From assembly GCA_963757465.1 (NCBI GenBank), contig CAVWRY010000002.1:72905-136904 (forward strand): a DNA stretch of 64,000 nt, given 5' to 3'. The stretch is from an uncultured Chloroflexia bacterium (GTDB taxonomy: Bacteria > Chloroflexota > Anaerolineae > Anaerolineales > Villigracilaceae). The notes beneath the pieces are model-generated. The model searched no databases. It worked only from the letters and a program-made list of their open reading frames with translations, and was not told the DNA's origin. Below are positions 55,957 through 64,000 of the stretch, one piece after another (within the stretch, counting starts at the first letter, position 1; every line of letters begins with the position of its first letter). A program made the position numbers and the translations under genes.

Positions 55957-55986
55957 AGAGAGCGCACCACTCGGTGCGCTCTCTTT
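55957..55986 (+). terminator. rho-independent terminator of rpsA
   Basis: agagagcgcacc-actc-ggtgcgctctcttt. Confidence 0.8.
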
Positions 55987-56010
55987 ATGTTAAAAGGGTA
56001 CTTTTTTCTT

Positions 56011-57099
56011 ATGAACTATCTTTTGGTTGATGCGCATCAAGACCTGGCGTGGAATATGCTCAATTTCAAGCGTGACTACACTCGTTCAGCATTGGAAACA
56101 CGCCGCATCGAAATAAATAGCGCTGCACCTGCGCAAAATGGCGACACGCTGCTTGGCTGGCCTGAATATCAGCAGGGAAACGTGGCGGTGATCTTCAGTA
56201 CGCTGTTTACTTCTCCGGCGCGGGCTGCAATGGGCGCATGGGATAACCAGGCTTATACCAGCCTGGGCCAGGCCCGTCGAAACGCGCTTGCCCAGATGGA
56301 CGTATACCGCCGTCTCACCGACGAGCACCCCGACCAGTTTCGCTTGATCCGCTCCAAGGGCGAGTTGGAAAGTCATCTGGCGCTGTGGAATGCACCTACG
56401 CCGACGACAAACTGCCCGGTAGGATTTGTCATCCTAATGGAAAACGCTGAAGGGGTGCGTGTTCCTGATGAACTGGCGGAATGGTGGGAACTGGGCGTCC
56501 GCATCATCGGCCCAGCCTGGTGCGGAACGCGTTTTTGCGGCGGTACTCATGAGCCGGGGCCGTTGACCAAAGATGGATATGCTCTGTTGGATGCCATGGC
56601 CGAGATTGGTTTTACGCTTGATCTCAGTCATATGGACCGTCAGGCGGCGTTGCAGGCGCTAAATCATTATCCTGGCCCGGTGATTGCCAGCCACGCCAAC
56701 CCGCTGAAACTGCTTAAAGGCTCCGAGAGCAATCGCCACCTGAGTGAAGACGTGATTGACGGCATTTTTGAACGCGATGGCGTGATTGGGGTTGTACCGT
56801 ACAATTCCTTTTTGAAGCCGGGGTGGGTCGAAAAAGATGGCCGCGAAGCCGTCTCAATGGAGTCGATTCTGGATCGGATTGATTACTATTGCCAACGCGC
56901 CGGGGATGCCCGCCATGTTGGCTTTGGCTCGGACTTTGACGGCGGCTTTGGATTGCAACGCGTCCCGGCAGGGATTGATTCGATTGCTGATTTGCAAAAA
57001 CTGGCCCCGCTTTTGGAGGGGAGAGGGTACAATTCCAGTGATATTGCCGCTGTCTTTGGCGGCAACTGGCTCACATCTCTTCGTAAAGCGCTGCCATGA
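56011..57099 (+). CDS. M19-family membrane dipeptidase-like metallohydrolase
   Basis: 'VDAHQDLAWN', 'VIASHANP', 'NRHLSEDVIDGIFERDGVIGV', 'VGFGSDFDGG'. Confidence 0.8.
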   Translation: MNYLLVDAHQDLAWNMLNFKRDYTRSALETRRIEINSAAPAQNGDTLLGWPEYQQGNVAVIFSTLFTSPARAAMGAWDNQAYTSLGQARRNALAQMDVYRRLTDEHPDQFRLIRSKGELESHLALWNAPTPTTNCPVGFVILMENAEGVRVPDELAEWWELGVRIIGPAWCGTRFCGGTHEPGPLTKDGYALLDAMAEIGFTLDLSHMDRQAALQALNHYPGPVIASHANPLKLLKGSESNRHLSEDVIDGIFERDGVIGVVPYNSFLKPGWVEKDGREAVSMESILDRIDYYCQRAGDARHVGFGSDFDGGFGLQRVPAGIDSIADLQKLAPLLEGRGYNSSDIAAVFGGNWLTSLRKALP

Positions 57100-57566
57100 C
57101 CAATCCACCTACTCAACCTTCCCAAAATGCTCCTCGAATGCTCCCAGAAAAGGATCGTGTTCGCCTGGGGTTGATCGTTACCTTTATAGGACTGTTTGTC
57201 TTTATCATTGGTGCAAAGCCTGAATGGTTGGGACTTAACCATAGCTCAGCAATTGGCTTTACTCAGATTTGTGTTTTCATCCTCGGGCTGGCGATTATTT
57301 GTCTGGGTGGTTATATCGGCTTAACGGGCATCTGGGCGGATGAAGAAAAAAGTATCGGTGCGGATATTGGTCTGCGACTGGTGGGCACGGGCTATGTCAT
57401 TTCCATTTATAGTGGGTTGGCAGACGTCTTTGGCATGAGTATCAAGGATAATCCGCACGGCCCGTTTTTTGGCCCCTGGCAGCAAACCGGCATTGAAATC
57501 GGCATGATTGTGATTACTATTGGAATGTTGATGTATATTCCCTGGCGACGCTTTCGCAAACCTTAA
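57096..57566 (+). CDS. integral membrane protein, hypothetical
   Basis: ATGA overlap with the dipeptidase gene. Four hydrophobic helices. Confidence 0.65.
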   Translation: MTNPPTQPSQNAPRMLPEKDRVRLGLIVTFIGLFVFIIGAKPEWLGLNHSSAIGFTQICVFILGLAIICLGGYIGLTGIWADEEKSIGADIGLRLVGTGYVISIYSGLADVFGMSIKDNPHGPFFGPWQQTGIEIGMIVITIGMLMYIPWRRFRKP

Positions 57567-57972
57567 TGATCCGTTTTCCGGCGAAGTCTGGCGGCCGCAA
57601 TGGCATGCGCCTCCACAATAAGTTGCTTTGTCGTTTCGGCATTTTCGCCAGACGGATTAAGGATACAGACGAAGTTCTGCTTTGCATATTCAGGATGTGG
57701 CAGGAAAGTGTTCAGGACTGAATAATCAATCGGTTCAGGATTGGCTTGGGCAATCAGGCTCTTAATGTCTTTTTGCTTATCCCGATATTGATACGAAAGA
57801 CCCCATCGCGATTGAGATTGGACACATTGTCATATTCCGAGTCGGAATTCGCAATGGTGACAAACGGCAGGCGGTGGTCATCGCCAACGAAGAAGAACAG
57901 GTATCCATAAGCTTCTTCTTGCTGAACATTTTCCAGAGTGGTTATGAACGCCTCAACTTCTGCTTGATTCAT
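57563..57972 (-). pseudogene. small cytosolic hypothetical protein split by a frameshift at an A5 run
   Basis: AGGAGAAT RBS before ATG 57972. 'YGYLFFFVGDDHRLPFVTIANSD...GVFRINIGISK' stops at 57754. The next frame continues 'DIKSLIAQANPEPIDYSVLNTFLPHPEYAKQNFVCILNP...' to TAA near 57563. Confidence 0.6.
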
Positions 57973-57999
57973 ATTCTCCTCATTCTTTCTTTGATCCTT

Positions 58000-58040
58000 A
58001 ATATTCTGGTTCAGCGGCACGCCGCTGAACCAGAATATTC
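58000..58040 (-). terminator. 19-bp perfect-stem hairpin downstream of katG
   Basis: aatattctggttcagcggc-acg-gccgctgaaccagaatatt. Confidence 0.75.
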
Positions 58041-58061
58041 TTAAAGAAGTCTATGTCGCGA

Positions 58062-60365
<2,304 letters not shown>

Positions 60366-60423
60366 TATGCTTTGTTGGACAGGTTTTATAAGATGTTGGG
60401 ATGCAGTCAAACGATGATAACAC

Positions 60424-61179
60424 TCAAAATTTGATACGTTGACCAGCACGATATAGTTGGACATTCAACGCTCTGGCTGCCCGGCGTTGAACATGATACG
60501 CATGCCCAAGCCCCCCGATGGTGAGTTGATCTCCGTACGTGTGTATGACGGTATTTTCATCAATCGCCCATCCATCAGCCACCATTTCCAGATCGACAGC
60601 CTGTATCAATCGCGTGATCGTTCCCCATTGACTGGCATGCACATCCACCGCGAATGGGAGCAGGCCCAATCCCGGGCGAACTTCCAGGTATTCTATTCCT
60701 TCGCCAAAGTCTGCATCCAGGATACCAATCGCTTGTTCTGCGCGCTGCACTTTCCAGCCTCCTACAATCGCTTGTTCAACGGCGATTGCTGCTCCTGCCG
60801 AAAATCCCGCATACGGTATTTGCTCTTGATGCAAGTAGTCAAGCCAGGTTTTGTCAGCGCACAAAGCTGTCTGATAAGCGGGTGTTATGCCACCGCCAAC
60901 GAATACGCCTGTCGGCTGGCTGGCAGTTAACATTTCTGGTTTTAAGGGGCAAGTTTCAGAAACCCAGACAATCGTCATTTCTTCGGCAGCAAGTCCCAAT
61001 GTCTCAAAAACACTGCGATACCGGGTAGCAATTTCCATCTTTTCATCATTGTGATCGGCGGCAAGGATCAAAGAAATCTGGCATCGACCAGACACCTGAG
61101 CGGCTTGAACAAAAGGCCCATAGGTCTGAGGCCAGCCTTCAGGCTCCCAACCGCCACCCATCAGAAAAACCGGTATCAT
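60424..61179 (-). CDS. peptidase S51 / type 1 glutamine amidotransferase-like protein
   Basis: 'VFVGGGITPAYQ', 'IPYAGFSAGAAI', 'VDVHASQWG'. Confidence 0.7.
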   Translation of the reverse strand: MIPVFLMGGGWEPEGWPQTYGPFVQAAQVSGRCQISLILAADHNDEKMEIATRYRSVFETLGLAAEEMTIVWVSETCPLKPEMLTASQPTGVFVGGGITPAYQTALCADKTWLDYLHQEQIPYAGFSAGAAIAVEQAIVGGWKVQRAEQAIGILDADFGEGIEYLEVRPGLGLLPFAVDVHASQWGTITRLIQAVDLEMVADGWAIDENTVIHTYGDQLTIGGLGHAYHVQRRAARALNVQLYRAGQRIKF

Positions 61180-61200
61180 TTTGCTCTCCCTGGAAAAAAA

Positions 61201-61277
61201 GGCTCAACGGTCTGCTTTCGCCGACAGGTTGCCACGCAGACCAGCCCACGGAACGGAACGGGGCAAACTGTCCGATT
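61201..61277. repeat. modular intergenic repeat, copy B (3' of the zinc-ribbon gene)
   Basis: ggctcaacggtctgctttcgccgacaggttgcc...ccacggaacggaacggggcaaactgtccgatt. Internal dyads are ggtctgc/gcagacc and gacaggttgcc/ggcaaactgtc. Confidence 0.6.
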
Positions 61278-61344
61278 GCACCCAGACATAATGGTTCACC
61301 ATCATTTTTTACGCCAGAAACAGAGATGTTTCTGAATTTGAATA

Positions 61345-61818
61345 TTAAGATGGAAACAACGCTTTTTTTGCTGCTTCTGAAAGAACATCCATGAGTATCT
61401 CGCGGAATATATTCGCGGTAGTTTGACCTACCTTTAGCATGATTTTCTTGAACCTTGTTGTCGCCAATAGGCTTAATGGAGTATCTTTCACTAACTCGTC
61501 AATGCTTTTTTGCAAAATGATTCTATCTTCATCGGTAATATTATCTATTTCTTGTGCCAGCTCATGGGCAGCTTGAAGTTTTAATTTTGTCCAGGGATAA
61601 GGCTGACCACAATTTATGCAGAAACTTGGTATCTCGTAATTGAGCGAGCCTGAATTTCTATAGTAACCACGAATTGAAGCTTTGCAAGCGGGACATTGTG
61701 TAATCGTCGCCGTTCCACATTTTTTGCAGAAGTTTTGATTAAGCTGTGGATAATCTATAAAACTGGTATTGATAACGTGTCCGTTTTGACAAATTTGTGC
61801 TACATCATATACTTCCAT
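61345..61818 (-). CDS. zinc-ribbon protein resembling DUF2321
   Basis: 'AQICQNGHVIN...FCKKCGTATITQCPACKASIRG...FCINCGQPYPW' followed by a helical C-terminal half. AT-rich codon usage. Confidence 0.7.
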   Translation of the reverse strand: MEVYDVAQICQNGHVINTSFIDYPQLNQNFCKKCGTATITQCPACKASIRGYYRNSGSLNYEIPSFCINCGQPYPWTKLKLQAAHELAQEIDNITDEDRIILQKSIDELVKDTPLSLLATTRFKKIMLKVGQTTANIFREILMDVLSEAAKKALFPS

Positions 61819-61863
61819 GATTTATATCTTCCTTTTTGATCTTACTTGATTTTGCCGACCAAA

Positions 61864-61972
61864 CGCCCAACGGTTTGCTTTCGTGGATGTTTGCCATTAG
61901 AACCAGCCACCGAAACGGGCACTGTTTTCGAGCGAGAAAAAGCCGCGAAATGGAACGCGGCAAATCGTTCGC
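61864..61972. repeat. modular intergenic repeat, copy C (3' of the HNH gene; B-like head plus A-like tail)
   Basis: cgcccaacggtttgctttcgtggatgtttgcc...ccaccgaaacggg...gagcgagaaaaagccgcgaaatggaacgcggcaaatcgttcgc. On the gene strand GCCGCG-N8-CGCGGC followed by TTTTT looks like a terminator. Confidence 0.6.
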
Positions 61973-61983
61973 TGAGTGTGATG

Positions 61984-63288
61984 TTAGCTGGCGTTTTTTG
62001 GGGAGGGCTCCAGCGATAACTTTTGAAACCCTACAGCTATTAAATCATCATCATTTGGCTCTATTAATGGTTCCTTCTCTAAATTAAACATGAATATTAT
62101 GCCAAATATATCAAGCACAAATGGAGTGCCTGACTCTAAATCTTTATGAGTAACTCTTAAGTATGGATGTGGTTGAATACTTGTGCTTATCAGTACATTA
62201 TTAGGAAAACTCGTTTTACCATTTATGTAATCTCGTGCGAGATCAAATCTTGGTGACAATGCTACTTCAACACCCTGATTAAGTGCAACAAAACCTAAAG
62301 CAATTTTATATAGTGAACGACCAAGACGTATTGGATTAACAGGCTTTCCTTTAAAGTTCATATTCCAAGTGACCCAACCATCTCCAAGTTCTTGCTTGTT
62401 TGACATCCATCCCGATTTATCTTTTGCGGTTATCTTAATATGTCTTGGTTGCGTTTGTTCAATCGTCATATTATGAAAATTAGCTTTTGGAAGTTTTCCA
62501 GATTTTGTGTATGAAACATATTGAACTTGCAAAAATGCTATTGGCTCAAATTCCATGAGATATGAATCTAATCCTGACAATGTCTCATTATTACAACGGT
62601 CGCATACACAGCCCTTTGGCAAGACAGCTTCATCGTTACCTAACCCTTCTGGAAAAATATGCTCTTCTGATTGAAATGTATTATCTGACTTCAAACAATA
62701 TATACACTTTTTTACTTTTGTATCAGTAGCTTCCTCGTTTCCATCCTCGCTCTTTTGCCATTCTATAATCAAGTCGAATAATATAGAAATCAGGAAAAAA
62801 CCGGTGAGTGTATATGAGTAAAACTGATGCCAAAATAAAGGTCCTACAATGGGCGCTGACGAAAGTTCTCTTAAATCGTTCGAAATTTTCTCATCGTTCT
62901 GGAAAAATTCACCATCTGAAACCAAAGAATATATTTCATCTGCGGTGAACTGCTTATTATTTATTTGTATTGAAATCGGCCCCTGTTTCATAGAATTAAT
63001 ATAGGCATTGATTTTTTCTAATTTCTCTTCTGAAAGAATATGAGGCCCATTTTCTAGAATAAGGTTCAATATTTTTTCATAATGTAAGTCAGACTGATAA
63101 GCTAAAAATCTACGCATCAAAACAGCAAATTGTATTGAAATCTCTTGTCCTGGTGTGCTTACACTTGCAGAGAGCATCTCATTTTGAAAATTGATCTTAA
63201 ATGAAAATGAGCCTTGTGCAGCTATATCAGGCATCAATTTGCGGACTTTATGATAATGGCGCTTGAAATCTCTAACAAATTTTTTCAT
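61984..63288 (-). CDS. HNH_5-like endonuclease with unrecognised ~190-aa N-terminal domain
   Basis: 'KCIYCLKSDNTFQSEEHIFPEGLGNDEAVLPKGCVCDRCNNETLSGLDSYL' (CxxC...H...CxxCN). Hydrophobic segment 'FYSYTLTGFFLISILFDLII'. AT-rich. Confidence 0.75.
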   Translation of the reverse strand: MKKFVRDFKRHYHKVRKLMPDIAAQGSFSFKINFQNEMLSASVSTPGQEISIQFAVLMRRFLAYQSDLHYEKILNLILENGPHILSEEKLEKINAYINSMKQGPISIQINNKQFTADEIYSLVSDGEFFQNDEKISNDLRELSSAPIVGPLFWHQFYSYTLTGFFLISILFDLIIEWQKSEDGNEEATDTKVKKCIYCLKSDNTFQSEEHIFPEGLGNDEAVLPKGCVCDRCNNETLSGLDSYLMEFEPIAFLQVQYVSYTKSGKLPKANFHNMTIEQTQPRHIKITAKDKSGWMSNKQELGDGWVTWNMNFKGKPVNPIRLGRSLYKIALGFVALNQGVEVALSPRFDLARDYINGKTSFPNNVLISTSIQPHPYLRVTHKDLESGTPFVLDIFGIIFMFNLEKEPLIEPNDDDLIAVGFQKLSLEPSPKNAS

Positions 63289-63393
63289 AAGTAAATGTTA
63301 TTCCATTACACAGCCAGCTAATTACAGCTTATGCCGCGCATGTATGAAAAACCAGATAAGAAAATTATAGCACCAGCAGCCTTGTTTTTGCTT

Positions 63394-63816
63394 TTATCGC
63401 TCCTGCTCAAACAGCGTATGATTGGCATTGATCTGCAGCAAGTCCCACCAATTGCCATATAAATCTTCAAAAACAGCCACCAGTCCATAGGCTTCTTCTT
63501 TTGGGTCTCGCACGAATTTGATGCCTTTGGCAAGCATCTCGTGATAATCGCGCCAGAAATCATCGGTGTTGAGAAATAAAAATACGCGTCCGCCGGTTTG
63601 GTTGCCGATGGAGGCCAGTTGTTCTGGTTTGGAGGCGCGGGCCAGCAGCAGGGTTGTTCCTGTCGAACCGGGAGGCGCGACAACCACCCAGCGTTTGTCC
63701 TGTTCTGGTTGATAGGTATCTTCCACGAGGGTAAAGTGAAGCTTTTCAGTATAAAAAGCAATCGCTTCGTCATAATCTCTGACAACCAACGCGATATGGA
63801 TGATGGATTGTTTCAT
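63394..63816 (-). CDS. VOC (glyoxalase/bleomycin-resistance/dioxygenase) family protein
   Basis: 'IIHIALVVRDYDEAIAFYTEKL', 'RVFLFLNTDDF', 'YGLVAVFEDLYGNWWDLLQ'. Confidence 0.85.
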   Translation of the reverse strand: MKQSIIHIALVVRDYDEAIAFYTEKLHFTLVEDTYQPEQDKRWVVVAPPGSTGTTLLLARASKPEQLASIGNQTGGRVFLFLNTDDFWRDYHEMLAKGIKFVRDPKEEAYGLVAVFEDLYGNWWDLLQINANHTLFEQER

Positions 63817-64000
63817 TGTTCTCTCTATTCTCTACAAAAACTTTTGTAAAAGTCTTTTTGCCACAGAGCGCACAGAGATTTTGAGAAAATCTTTTAAACG
63901 CTGGTTTTCTCCGTGATCTCTGTGGCGAAGCTTTTTTCTACTGGGTACTACTTTCTACTGTCTGCTTTCCCCGCCATCCCCAGCTTCTTCATCACCACCG

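Noticed and set aside
26894-57972. Reading the eight split genes as true pseudogenes, programmed frameshifts or phase-variable switches.
   Set aside because: Essential rpsA carries two of the indels, and most sites are 4-5-nt homopolymers. The flanking coding sequence shows no other decay. Assembly error is the simpler explanation.
63318-63785. 155-aa ORF overlapping the VOC gene in another frame.
   Set aside because: The VOC frame has clear family motifs, while the alternative frame is Trp/Cys/Pro-rich with no support.
63955-64000. Possible 3' end of a further minus-strand gene ('...GGDEEAGDGGESRQ*') and a nested hairpin at about 63860-63930.
   Set aside because: Only about 15 codons are visible. 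That is too little to call a CDS or to assign the hairpin as its terminator.

Overview
This 64-kb chromosomal window holds about 60 protein-coding genes. I saw no rRNA, tRNA or CRISPR array. The gene style suggests a Chloroflexota/Anaerolineae-like bacterium, but that is only a guess. It rests on many lipoproteins and secreted proteins with Thr/Pro-rich linkers, LCP and VanW wall proteins, and ECF sigma pairs. Housekeeping genes recognised are fba, mutY, rho, birA, gyrA, eda, rpsA and katG. Also present are NUDIX, MBL-fold, M19, M23/LysM, CHAP and SH3 envelope proteins. Regulatory genes are a PepSY protein with an OmpR/HK pair, an orphan cNMP-binding HK, and two tandem ECF sigma/anti-sigma pairs. 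An FHA-wHTH regulator sits divergent from a tandem-kinase Ser/Thr kinase, with one IS982-like element inserted between them. At least eight single-base frameshifts split otherwise intact genes, mostly at homopolymers, and two of them are in essential rpsA. I therefore read them as assembly indels, not gene decay. The most interesting loci are these. (1) A tightly coupled minus-strand operon (16.8-22.6 kb) combines an enlarged xylose-isomerase-like TIM barrel, LuxS, a DHQS-like sugar-phosphate cyclase, a UbiG-type O-methyltransferase and a UbiA prenyltransferase. It resembles the ebo and gadusol clusters but is not canonical. (2) 2-oxoacid dehydrogenase E1 alpha/beta genes sit near an 'E2' whose catalytic domain is replaced by a NeuD/PglD-type hexapeptide acyltransferase (37.7-42.0 kb). 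(3) The kinase and a convergent CHAP wall hydrolase share a near-identical C-terminal module, forming a roughly 0.5-kb inverted repeat. (4) An AT-rich two-gene island (zinc-ribbon protein plus HNH_5-like nuclease with a novel N-terminus) lies among a modular intergenic repeat family (60.3-63.3 kb). (5) Several intergenic palindromes are each built from tandem octamers. CDS coordinates follow the supplied ORF track, with starts moved in frame to RBS-supported ATGs. Small non-coding features were counted by eye and may be off by 1-2 nt.
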